DNA from: a virus
Taxonomy: Duplodnaviria; Caudoviricetes
IMG/VR virus record: IMGVR_UViG_3300009069_000042
Coordinates: 1 to 41,283 of that record
Length of the DNA stretch: 41,283 nucleotides
Strand: one strand, 5' to 3'
Shown here: piece after piece, positions 8,530 to 16,476 of the stretch
Layout: each line of letters begins with the position of its first letter
Position numbering within the stretch: position 1 is the stretch's first letter
Notes under the pieces: model-generated
What the model saw: the letters and a program-made list of their open reading frames with translations, nothing else
The model's database searches: none
Told to the model about the DNA's origin: nothing
Program-made: the position numbers and the translations under genes

Positions 8530-8898
8530 TCAGCAGGGAAATGCTGCCAAGTAGGCATCGGGTGCAATTACGAGCCACGGTGAGTTCAGATCACCAGCAA
8601 TCTCATCACGATGTTGTCTGTAGTAGTGTACATAGGCGTAGGCTCGCGCCTTTCCGTCTATCTCTGACGGCAGACAAATGCGTTGGTTGCCAACAATTTT
8701 CGGATCGATACTTTCGCCCGTATAGCCGAAGCGGATAGCACAGTGCGTCGCCCAAATATCGCCTCGACCAAGTAAATACTCGTGGCACGAATGGGCCATT
8801 TGCGACACCGTTGTCGTGTCGCGAAGGAATTCTGCCCTTGGTGCAACAAGGGAAACGAACGAGAGCAATATCCCGAACAGGATTGTTCGCATCATCAA
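8530..8898 (-). CDS. Secreted Rap1a/Tai-like immunity protein
   Basis: N-terminal signal peptide, four Cys including ICLP and terminal YLAAFPC, ~120 aa; visibly lower GC. Confidence 0.7.
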   Translation of the reverse strand: MMMRTILFGILLSFVSLVAPRAEFLRDTTTVSQMAHSCHEYLLGRGDIWATHCAIRFGYTGESIDPKIVGNQRICLPSEIDGKARAYAYVHYYRQHRDEIAGDLNSPWLVIAPDAYLAAFPC

Positions 8899-9251
8899 TC
8901 TGAATCCTCTCGATCGGTAGCCTCGCGCATCTCCGGATCATAATACCGTTCCCGAAGCGCGTGAAGCCGGCGCTCGACGTCGCTCGGATCGATCCCGATC
9001 GCCTCGAATTCGGATAGCTTGATGCGGTACCAGGCGTAGGCACCGCCGATGAGAACGACAGGCAGGATCGGCGCATAGTCGTTGGTTCCGGAAAAAACTG
9101 CGACGAGCAGCAAAGCACCCGCGCCGCCGATGATTCCAGAAGCGGTCCGCGCATCGTCAAAACGGGAATACGCCGCCTGGTATCGTTCTGCCTGGGCTTC
9201 AAGCGTCTGGATCTCGCGACGGAGCCTTTCCAGTTCATCTCCGTCGCCCAT
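8895..9251 (-). CDS. Small membrane protein (two predicted TM helices) downstream of cI
   Basis: Hydrophobic segments GIIGGAGALLLVAVF and ILPVVLIGGAYAWY; GGAGCGGG upstream. Confidence 0.75.
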   Translation of the reverse strand: MGDGDELERLRREIQTLEAQAERYQAAYSRFDDARTASGIIGGAGALLLVAVFSGTNDYAPILPVVLIGGAYAWYRIKLSEFEAIGIDPSDVERRLHALRERYYDPEMREATDREDSD

Positions 9252-9260
9252 CGCCCGCTC

Positions 9261-10001
9261 CTACATGCGGCTGAACCGCCCGATCACGCGCCCGATCAGC
9301 TGCAGATCCTCGGCAAGGATCTCGCGCGGGGTGTGATGAGGGTTGTCGGAAAGGATGCGGATCTGAAGCGGGCTCGTCCCGATCATCACCTGCAGGCGCT
9401 TCACGCTGGGGCCGAGGCCGTCATGGATCACGAACACGCCATCGCTGGCCCGGCCATACGCGCGGGAAACCAGCACCTTGTCGCCGGGCATCAGTGTCGG
9501 GGCCATCGAATCGCCCTCGACCGTGATGAAATCGAGATCGGCCTCGCGTGATCGCAGCTCGGTATGGATGAAGTCCGGCGGCAGGCGCCATATTCCGCGC
9601 ACGTCGTCTTGAACGACACCATCGACGACGACCGTTCCGACATCACCACCGATGCCTAGGCCTGCTGTCGCATCGCGCTCGACGATCTCACCTGGCTGCA
9701 ACGTCCGGCGCTGCGCATTGCGCGCGGCAGCTGCCAGCGTCTCATCCTCGCTCCATTCAGGGTCGGGTTCGAACTCTTCGCCGATCGGGACTGAACGAAC
9801 CTGCTCATGATCTGCCTGCCAGAAATGCGATTCCGGCAGCTCCAGGTACTTCGCGATTGCAGGAATTTCCTCGGCCTTCAATGCCCGCTCGCCTTTCAGC
9901 AAGCGGGAGATCTGCGCCTGATGCACGTTCATCGCCTTTGCCAGCCCGCCTTTCGACTTGCCGGGTTGCAGCAGTGCAGCCTTGATCCGATTCAGGTCCA
10001 T
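9261..10001 (-). CDS. cI: CI-like repressor (XRE HTH + S24 peptidase)
   Basis: HTH KGGLAKAMNVHQAQISRLLKGER; S24 motifs VEGDSMAPT, VKRL, SDNP; start likely MDLNRIK at 10001 because the longer track ORF overlaps the operators and cro. Confidence 0.92.
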   Translation of the reverse strand: MDLNRIKAALLQPGKSKGGLAKAMNVHQAQISRLLKGERALKAEEIPAIAKYLELPESHFWQADHEQVRSVPIGEEFEPDPEWSEDETLAAAARNAQRRTLQPGEIVERDATAGLGIGGDVGTVVVDGVVQDDVRGIWRLPPDFIHTELRSREADLDFITVEGDSMAPTLMPGDKVLVSRAYGRASDGVFVIHDGLGPSVKRLQVMIGTSPLQIRILSDNPHHTPREILAEDLQLIGRVIGRFSRM

Positions 10002-10020
10002 CGCGGAATTCTCTGGCTTG

Positions 10021-10087
10021 TTGCGAAAACCGCAATCGCAAAGATCGCAAATTTCGCTTGACATGAATTGCGGAAAGCGCAAATTCT
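10021..10087 (+). promoter_or_regulatory. OR operators and pR promoter
   Basis: TTGCGAAAACCGCAA 10021-10035, TCGCAAAGATCGCAA 10036-10050, TTGCGGAAAGCGCAA 10068-10082; TTGACA 10058-10063-N17-AAATTCT. Confidence 0.85.
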
Positions 10088-10092
10088 TGCGC

Positions 10093-10380
10093 ATGACGAC
10101 ACCAGCCGAAATCGTGATCAGCAAGTGCGGCGGTCATCAGCAGGTCGCTGATATGGCCGGCGTGGACATCAGCCGGGTCTACCGCTGGACCTATTCGAAG
10201 GAGCGCGGCGGCACCGACGGGATCATCCCGTCACGCCATCAGCAGCGCCTTCTCGAAGAGGCATCGCGGCGGGGCATCGGGCTCGCGCCCGGTGATTTTT
10301 TCCAGCCTGCGGCTGCGTCGTCTCCACCCCTATCGACAGGAGAAAGCGATGCACCGGTTACGTCGGCTCAGACGCAATGA
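10093..10380 (+). CDS. cro: Cro-like HTH protein
   Basis: MTTPAEIVISKCGGHQQVADMAGVDISRVYRW..GGTDGIIP; divergent from cI. Confidence 0.85.
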   Translation: MTTPAEIVISKCGGHQQVADMAGVDISRVYRWTYSKERGGTDGIIPSRHQQRLLEEASRRGIGLAPGDFFQPAAASSPPLSTGESDAPVTSAQTQ

Positions 10381-10576
10381 GGTTTCGTGCCGTGGCGGAG
10401 AGGATCTCGGCCATGGGCGTGTCGGGCGCCTTCGACGCCATGTCGTCGAGCTCGTTGGCAAGGCGCTCCAGCGTTTCGTTCCCGCCCGATCGCGGCAGGG
10501 ATGCGACGAGGCAGATGGAAAATGCCGCGATCGTCTTACTGAAGACTTCGGCGGTGATATCAGGTTGTACAGACAA
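10358..10576 (-). CDS. Small antisense-oriented hypothetical protein (72 aa)
   Basis: AGGAGG 6 nt before a TTG start; fills the cro/cII gap. Confidence 0.6.
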   Translation of the reverse strand: MSVQPDITAEVFSKTIAAFSICLVASLPRSGGNETLERLANELDDMASKAPDTPMAEILSATARNLIASEPT

Positions 10577-10680
10577 AACGTGCCTCCTGGTGATGATCGG
10601 CTGAACGATGTTCCGTCAGCCTACAGGCCACTGATTAAGGTTCTGCGAGAGCGTCGGCAGCGCATGGCGAGTGACGCGTC

Positions 10681-11058
10681 ATGACCAGACCGTACTCGTT
10701 CAATTGCGAAACGTCCTTCGGCTTTCACCGAAGCGGACTCCCCGTCGCGGAGGCAGTCACGGGCGTTGCGCGCCGGCTCTGGCCGAGCAAGCCAGCGCAG
10801 CATCTTGCCGCCCGCGCCGGTGTCACCCATCGCGCGGCGGAGCACTGGCTGACGCAGAACACCGGCATGTCAGCCGATGCGCTGGCCGAGCTGCTGCGCT
10901 CCGATGCCGGGCTTGAGATATTGCAATCGATCATGGGCGAGGCGCGCCCGTCGTGGTGGCCGGCGTTCCGCGTCTCGGCCCAGCTCGACGAGATCGATCG
11001 CCGCAACGAAGCCAACCGTCGCGAACTGGAGGCGCTGCGCAATGAGATCATCCCCTGA
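10681..11058 (+). CDS. CII-like HTH regulator
   Basis: PAQHLAARAGVTHRAAEHWL HTH-like segment; position after cro. Confidence 0.65.
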   Translation: MTRPYSFNCETSFGFHRSGLPVAEAVTGVARRLWPSKPAQHLAARAGVTHRAAEHWLTQNTGMSADALAELLRSDAGLEILQSIMGEARPSWWPAFRVSAQLDEIDRRNEANRRELEALRNEIIP

Positions 11059-11215
11059 CCGCTGGCCACGCTGGCGCGTCATCGCCGCCGGGCAATGCGC
11101 GATCATCGCGCTCCGGCTGACCCAGGCGTCCGAATTCATGAGCGATCTCGGGCGCGCAATCCTGACCAGAGAGAGATTTTCCGATGTCAGATCCCGCCGA
11201 AAATACCGCGTTTGA
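11042..11215 (+). CDS. Possible small hypothetical protein (57 aa)
   Basis: GGAGG upstream; bridges the gap between flanking genes. Confidence 0.35.
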   Translation: MRSSPDRWPRWRVIAAGQCAIIALRLTQASEFMSDLGRAILTRERFSDVRSRRKYRV

Positions 11216-11723
11216 TACCGACACCCTCACCGGCGATGTCCGGGATTTCCTGCTCTCGCACCTGCGTGACATGGCGAAACCCTGGGCGCAGATGAGCGAG
11301 GCCGAACAGCGGTCCAAGATCGCGATCACGGAGAAGCATGCCGAGTTCGTCGTGAAGAAGGCGGTGAAGGTCATTGCCGCCCGGGACTTCGAGCGCGTCG
11401 GGGTGAGGGTCGGCAAGTTCACGGTGAAGGATGGTTCGATCAAGGCCGAATTCACCTGTGATGCGTCGCGCGCGAACCTGCTCTCGATCTCCGATGCCGA
11501 TTCCGCAGTGCTGGTGCTGGCCGATCCCGAAGACTTCCACGGCGAGCGCACCGCCGCCGTCGCTGACCCGGACGAGCCCAACCTCCCGATGGATGATGAT
11601 GAGATCGATCCGGATGACGACCCCGATGATGGCGACGACGACGGCGGCGAGGCGATGCCGGAGATCCCGCCTGACTTCGATCGCAGACCCGCCCCCCGCT
11701 CCTGCCGGTTGAGGCGCAACTGA
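11184..11723 (+). CDS. Hypothetical phage protein with acidic tail
   Basis: TLTGDVRDFLL..KPWAQMSEAEQR motif; Asp-rich C-terminal stretch. Confidence 0.8.
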   Translation: MSDPAENTAFDTDTLTGDVRDFLLSHLRDMAKPWAQMSEAEQRSKIAITEKHAEFVVKKAVKVIAARDFERVGVRVGKFTVKDGSIKAEFTCDASRANLLSISDADSAVLVLADPEDFHGERTAAVADPDEPNLPMDDDEIDPDDDPDDGDDDGGEAMPEIPPDFDRRPAPRSCRLRRN

Positions 11724-11786
11724 GAACGGGGCGGCGCTCGATCGTCGCCTCGTAAGATCAACGACACGGCAAGAACGGGGCAGAAC

Positions 11787-12161
11787 ATGGCTGGGGCAGC
11801 GCGTTTCAAACGCCCGATGGGCACGTCGGTGCTGGCACTCGGGCGACTGAAAACCGGACAGATGAACAATACGGAAGCCGCCTATGCGGAGTTCCTGGAG
11901 AAGCTGAAAGGCATCGGCGATGTCGTCTGGTACAAGTTCGAGGGCGTGAAGCTCCGCCTCGCCGACAACACCTTCCTCACGGTCGACTTCGCAGTGATGC
12001 GTGCCGATGGCGCGCTCGAAATGCATGAGGTCAAGGGCCACTGGATGGAGGATGCCCGCGTCAAGATGAAGGTCGCGGCGGATATGTACCCGTTTCGCTT
12101 CATCGCCGTGCAGCCGATCGCGAAGAAGGCCGGGGGCGGCTGGAAGGTCGAGGTGTTCTGA
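11787..12161 (+). CDS. DUF1064-like PD-(D/E)XK endonuclease (possible resolvase)
   Basis: MNNTEAAY, FEGVKLRLAD, TVDF, HEVKG, DARVKMK motifs. Confidence 0.8.
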   Translation: MAGAARFKRPMGTSVLALGRLKTGQMNNTEAAYAEFLEKLKGIGDVVWYKFEGVKLRLADNTFLTVDFAVMRADGALEMHEVKGHWMEDARVKMKVAADMYPFRFIAVQPIAKKAGGGWKVEVF

Positions 12162-12814
12162 TGGCTCAGAATCGATCTTCCGCCGTGATGCAGCAACGGC
12201 ATGAGGTTCACGACAGCCTCGAAGATTTCCCCACACCGCCTTGGGCAACGCGGGCGCTATGCGAGTGGCTCAAGAATGATGGTCACATCGCTCGCCACCA
12301 TGTCGCGCGAGAACCCGCCGCAAATCGTGGGCACATGGTCAAGCCGCTCATGGAATATTTCGGATCGGTCGAGGCCGCCGACGTGCATGATTACGGCGTC
12401 GGCTTCCCGGTCAACGATTACCTGTTCGGGCCCGATCCTTCGCCCGTCGATTGGACCATCACGAACCCGCCATTCCGACTTGCCGAGCAGTTTATTGCTC
12501 GCGCGCTATCGACCAGCCGCACCGGCGTGGCTGTCATCGTGCGCAGCGCGTTCCTTGAAGGCGTTGGCAGGCATGAACGGCTGTACCGCCTTACGCCCCC
12601 GTCATACGTGTTTCAGTTCGTCGAGCGGGTTGTGATGCACAAGGGCAAGCTGTCGGCGAACGGCTCCACTGCCACGGCCTATTGCTGGCTCGTCTGGCTG
12701 CAAGGGCGTCCGGATACGCGGATGCGCTGGATTGCTCCCTGCCGGAAGCGTCTGGAGCGCGCCGAGGACTACGCCGCGTCCACCATTTTCGACGGGAGGG
12801 CGCCATGCGCATGA
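12161..12814 (+). CDS. Amino (N6-A/N4-C) DNA methyltransferase
   Basis: FPTPPWAT, EPAANRGHM SAM-binding motif, catalytic ITNPPF. Confidence 0.88.
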   Translation: MAQNRSSAVMQQRHEVHDSLEDFPTPPWATRALCEWLKNDGHIARHHVAREPAANRGHMVKPLMEYFGSVEAADVHDYGVGFPVNDYLFGPDPSPVDWTITNPPFRLAEQFIARALSTSRTGVAVIVRSAFLEGVGRHERLYRLTPPSYVFQFVERVVMHKGKLSANGSTATAYCWLVWLQGRPDTRMRWIAPCRKRLERAEDYAASTIFDGRAPCA

Positions 12815-13050
12815 GCGATTACGCCCTCGTCCGGTATCTGGAGCGCGCGAAGGGGATCAACCTTGAAGATGTGCGCGCTGAGATCGAACAGCGCATCGTC
12901 GCCCAGGCCGGCGCGACCGCGACCGGCTGCTGGGTCGATGGAATCTGGTTCGTGATCAAGAACGGTGTGGTGGTGACTGCACAAACGGCGCCGCCACACG
13001 CGCGCATCGGCACCAAGAGGCGGGTGAAGAAGCGGAGGGCTCTGCCGTGA
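12811..13050 (+). CDS. Hypothetical protein
   Basis: MSDYALVRYLERAKG..FVIKNGVVVT; ATGA coupling to the upstream gene. Confidence 0.7.
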   Translation: MSDYALVRYLERAKGINLEDVRAEIEQRIVAQAGATATGCWVDGIWFVIKNGVVVTAQTAPPHARIGTKRRVKKRRALP

Positions 13051-13430
13051 GCGTCCAGTTTTTTACCACTTATGCCGAATATGAACGGACCTTGAAGCGG
13101 TCGCGCCCACGGCGTCGCCGGCCTGCCGAGATCGCGGCAAAGCTGTCGCGCAACGAGCCGCCGCACCGGGATGTTCTGCGGATCGCTACGCCCCGCACCA
13201 GGCTCGAAGCCGCCGAGGTTTTCGCTGATCAGTTTGCCCGCGAGCGCGGATCGTCGCTCGAGGAGCTGCGCGGTCACCGCCGCTGCGAGCCGGCGCGGAC
13301 CATCCGCCGCGACTGCATCAACGCCACGGCTAACCAGTTCATCTGGGCCTCACCGACGGATCTCGGGCGCGTGTTCCATCGCGATCGCACCACGATCATG
13401 TACGCGCTGCGAAACGGGAGGCGACCATGA
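13047..13430 (+). CDS. DnaA C-terminal (domain IV)-like HTH protein
   Basis: SLEELRGHRR..SPTDLGRVFHRDRTTIMYALR resembles the DnaA RDHTTV signature. Confidence 0.75.
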   Translation: MSVQFFTTYAEYERTLKRSRPRRRRPAEIAAKLSRNEPPHRDVLRIATPRTRLEAAEVFADQFARERGSSLEELRGHRRCEPARTIRRDCINATANQFIWASPTDLGRVFHRDRTTIMYALRNGRRP

Positions 13431-13621
13431 CGGCGCGCCTCGATTTCCGCCCGCGCCCTCCCCGCAACGATCGCCCTCGCGCGCCGCTGGTGCGGTCGAG
13501 CGATGTCGCGCCCTGCGATGGCTGCGGCGATCGGATCGGGCCGTGGTGGGGCCGCAACGGTCAGCGCTGGTGCGAGCGATGCGCGCCGGCCGATCTCAAA
13601 CGCAAGAGGACAGAGCGATGA
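13427..13621 (+). CDS. Small Cys-containing protein (CDGC...WCERC, possible Zn ribbon)
   Basis: Two CxxC motifs; coupled to neighbours; GGAGG upstream. Confidence 0.6.
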   Translation: MTARLDFRPRPPRNDRPRAPLVRSSDVAPCDGCGDRIGPWWGRNGQRWCERCAPADLKRKRTER

Positions 13622-13776
13622 CAATCATGCAGGGCGCCGCCGTCGTCACGCTGTGGCGATCGGGCCGGTTCGACACGAAACAAATTGCCGACCTGCTGAG
13701 CCTCAGCGAGGCGGACGTCGCGAACGTCCTGGCTGCGGCGCGGGATGCGGAGCGGGATGCGGAGCGGGCGGCATGA
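13618..13776 (+). CDS. Small HTH protein (52 aa)
   Basis: LWRSGRFDTKQIADLLSLSEADVANVL; ATGA coupling on both sides. Confidence 0.65.
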   Translation: MTIMQGAAVVTLWRSGRFDTKQIADLLSLSEADVANVLAAARDAERDAERAA

Positions 13777-14474
13777 ATGGTCTGCGAGTCCTGATCGCCT
13801 GCGAGTTTTCCGGCGTGTTCCGCCGGGCCTTTGCGGCGCGCGGGCATGACGCCTGGTCTTGCGACCTGCTGCCGGCAGAGGATGGCAGCAACCGGCATAT
13901 CCGGGGCGATGTGCGCGATCACCTCGGCGATGGCTGGGATCTGCTGATCGTCGCGCATCCTCCCTGCACGCGGCTTTGCCGTTCCGGCCGGCGCTGGCTT
14001 TCGGGGCCTGGCGACATGACGCCGCCGAAGGTGCTCCCGCGTGGGCGGACGTGGCAGAGCATGATCGATGAATTCGAGGATGGCGTTGACCTGTTCCTTG
14101 CCTGCTGGCGCGCGCCGGTGCCGCGTGTGGCGATTGAAAACCCTGCCATGCACGATCTGGCGATGAAGCGGATGCCGGATGACCTGCCGTCGCCACAGAT
14201 GGTTCAGCCGTACTGGTTCGGGCATCGCGAATACAAGGCAACGGGCTGGTATCTGCGCGGGCTGCCGCGACTGGCGCCCACCGCCATGCTCCAGGAGCCG
14301 GCGCGCGACAGCGATGAATGGCGACAGTGGAATCGGGTGCACCGGATGCCGCCCGGTCCGGATCGGGGGAAAGAGCGCAGCCGCAGCTTCCCGGGCATGG
14401 CGGATGCCGCCGCCGTGCAGTGGGGTGACGCGGCGATCACGGCAAGCGGCGTTGCCTGTGGGGTGGCATCATGA
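13773..14474 (+). CDS. Short C5-cytosine DNA methyltransferase-like protein
   Basis: VLIACEFSG, SCDLLP, AHPPCT (catalytic PC), IENP, RSRSFPGMADA; start MNGLRV at 13773. Confidence 0.82.
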   Translation: MNGLRVLIACEFSGVFRRAFAARGHDAWSCDLLPAEDGSNRHIRGDVRDHLGDGWDLLIVAHPPCTRLCRSGRRWLSGPGDMTPPKVLPRGRTWQSMIDEFEDGVDLFLACWRAPVPRVAIENPAMHDLAMKRMPDDLPSPQMVQPYWFGHREYKATGWYLRGLPRLAPTAMLQEPARDSDEWRQWNRVHRMPPGPDRGKERSRSFPGMADAAAVQWGDAAITASGVACGVAS

Positions 14475-15397
14475 ACGGCCTCCCCTACTACAAGGCCTAT
14501 CCGCGCGACTTCATCGAGGGGACGATCGGCATGCCCTTCGAGCTGAAGGGGGCGTACCGTCTCGTGCTCGATCTGATCTACATGCAGGGTGGCAGCCTGC
14601 CGGATGATGCACGGTATATCTCCGGGCTGCTCGGATGCTCGGTTCGCAAGTGGAATTCGTTCCGTCAGGAGCTGATCGCGCGCGGCAAACTTCAGGTTTC
14701 CGGCGAATCATTGACGAATTATCGCGCAGTTATCGAGCTCGAAACTCTCGCGAAAGTTCAAGAAAAACAGTCTCAAAATGCAAGCCGTCCTAGGAAAAAC
14801 AACAACTTAGCTGAGCCACGGCTGAACCATACAGAACCAGATACAGATACAGATAAGAAAGAAACCCCCAAACCCCCTAAAGGGGGCTCTTCCCCCACGC
14901 CGAAACAGCCGATCCGACAGGCCAAGAACCCGATGGGCTGGCCAGCTGATGGCTGGGAACGGTTCTGGTTGATCTACCCGAACAAGGTCGGCAAGGCCGA
15001 TGCCCGCAAAGCCTTCGACCGAGCGCAGGCCAGAGCCTCAATTCCGTTCGAGGCGCTGATTGCCGGGCTCGAGGCGTACGTCTCGAAAACCGACGACCGG
15101 CCATGGTGCAACCCCTCGACCTGGCTGAACCAGGATCGCTGGGAGGATCGACCGGCAACCGGACCGCCTCGCCGGCAAACGCCGCCACGGCGCGGCGATC
15201 CGATGATGGATCTCGCTTTCGAACTGCACGGAGCCCGCCATGACCGGGACAGACCTGACCACACAGCCGAACCTGAAATCCTCCCTCCCGAACGTGACGC
15301 CTCGGGAGATCGCAGGTTTGCTCGATCGGATGACGTCGCGGCTCGAACGCCTGCCCGGCAATCGGTTCATGATCGCGGCGGATCGGGCACCTGGTGA
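14471..15397 (+). CDS. DUF1376/YdaU-family replication initiator
   Basis: LPYYKAYPRDF..GAYRLVLDLIY..LPDD N-terminal domain; FWLIYPNKVGKADA..NPSTWLNQDRWED C-terminal domain. Confidence 0.88.
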   Translation: MNGLPYYKAYPRDFIEGTIGMPFELKGAYRLVLDLIYMQGGSLPDDARYISGLLGCSVRKWNSFRQELIARGKLQVSGESLTNYRAVIELETLAKVQEKQSQNASRPRKNNNLAEPRLNHTEPDTDTDKKETPKPPKGGSSPTPKQPIRQAKNPMGWPADGWERFWLIYPNKVGKADARKAFDRAQARASIPFEALIAGLEAYVSKTDDRPWCNPSTWLNQDRWEDRPATGPPRRQTPPRRGDPMMDLAFELHGARHDRDRPDHTAEPEILPPERDASGDRRFARSDDVAARTPARQSVHDRGGSGTW

Positions 15398-16049
15398 CGA
15401 CGAGAAGGATCGGCTGCGGGCGCGAAACCGTGAGGTGACGCACCTGCTCGCCCGGCCCCTCGTCGAGGACATCGAGAAGGCGATCGCGGCGCTGCTGACG
15501 CTGTACCCTGGGGAGCACAGCTCAGCGCAAGGCGCTCGCGCCGTCGTCAGACAGTTCGCCGAAGCGCTGAAACGGTTCCCGCTCTGGGCGGTGCATGAGG
15601 CCTGCCGGCAGGTCCGGGACGGGGTCGCTCCGGGTGTCAAGGCCGCGTTCGCCCCGAAGCCGCCGCAGCTCGCACAGATCTGCGCCGGCCTGATCGCGCC
15701 GCTCAACGCCGAACAGGCGCGGATCCGCAGCGTGCTCGATGCTGAGGTGTATAGCCCGCCGACCGAGGAGGAACGGGCGCGGGTGGCGGGCCAGTTCGAT
15801 GCGCTGCTCGAAGATCTCAAGGCCACGCCGAACGAGGCGAGCGAGGCGCAACGGGCGCTGCGGGCCTCGATGGTGGAGAGCGATGCCGAATTCCGCGAAC
15901 GGGAGCTGCGGGCGGCGGGGATCGACGACGGGCGCCCGATGTCGCTCGCCCTGAGGAAACAGGTCGGCGCCATGGTCGAGGATGCCGAGATCAATGCGTT
16001 CCGGGAGCGCCGCAAGGGGGCGATGGATGGACCTGCTGGCGAGGCTTGA
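15240..16049 (+). CDS. Replication-associated hypothetical protein (helicase-loader position)
   Basis: Follows the initiator; GGAG Shine-Dalgarno site; FPLWAVHEAC..FAPKPPQL motif. Confidence 0.7.
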   Translation: MTGTDLTTQPNLKSSLPNVTPREIAGLLDRMTSRLERLPGNRFMIAADRAPGDDEKDRLRARNREVTHLLARPLVEDIEKAIAALLTLYPGEHSSAQGARAVVRQFAEALKRFPLWAVHEACRQVRDGVAPGVKAAFAPKPPQLAQICAGLIAPLNAEQARIRSVLDAEVYSPPTEEERARVAGQFDALLEDLKATPNEASEAQRALRASMVESDAEFRERELRAAGIDDGRPMSLALRKQVGAMVEDAEINAFRERRKGAMDGPAGEA

Positions 16050-16476
16050 GAGCTTCGACGAGCTGATCGCCGTGATGCGCGATCGGCGGATAGAACTCGG
16101 GATGTCACAGAACGAGCTCGACGACCGCGCCGGCCTCGCCACGGGCTATGTCGGCAAGCTGGAGATGTCGCGCGGCAAGCCGAACTCGAGGAGCATCGGG
16201 CGCGAATCGCTGCCGCTCCTGCTGGGGGCGCTGGGCCTCGAAATCGCGGTCGTGGATGGGCGTATAGCCAGCGTCGCCGGCTACAGCCCCGAAGGCCAAG
16301 CTGGGAAAAGCGTTCGCGCTATCCGAGGGCAGAAATTCATGAGCGAAATCGGACGCCTCGGCGCGCAGAAGACGAACGCGCGCCTGACCGCGAAAGAGCG
16401 TAGCGCGAACGGTCGCAAAGGTGCCCGGGCGCGGTGGCGGAAGTGGCGGGAAGAGCGGAAGAAAGCCAAGCCATGA
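16027..16476 (+). CDS. XRE-family HTH protein with basic C-terminal tail
   Basis: RRIELGMSQNELDDRAGLATGYVGKLE; tail SEIGRLGA..SANGRKGARARW. Confidence 0.8.
   Translation: MDLLARLESFDELIAVMRDRRIELGMSQNELDDRAGLATGYVGKLEMSRGKPNSRSIGRESLPLLLGALGLEIAVVDGRIASVAGYSPEGQAGKSVRAIRGQKFMSEIGRLGAQKTNARLTAKERSANGRKGARARWRKWREERKKAKP

Noticed and set aside
10002-10124. Extended N-termini of cI (from 10124) and cro (from 9958) in the ORF track
   Set aside because: They overlap each other and the operator/promoter region; HTH domains begin at the internal ATGs 10001 and 10093
11787-12814. Type II restriction-modification pair (nuclease next to MTase)
   Set aside because: The nuclease is a small DUF1064-like phage protein usually tied to recombination or replication; adjacency alone is insufficient
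13735-13770. 12-bp tandem repeat GCGG(A/C)GCGGGAT x3
   Set aside because: Short in-frame coding repeat (ARDAERDAER) with no sign of regulatory function
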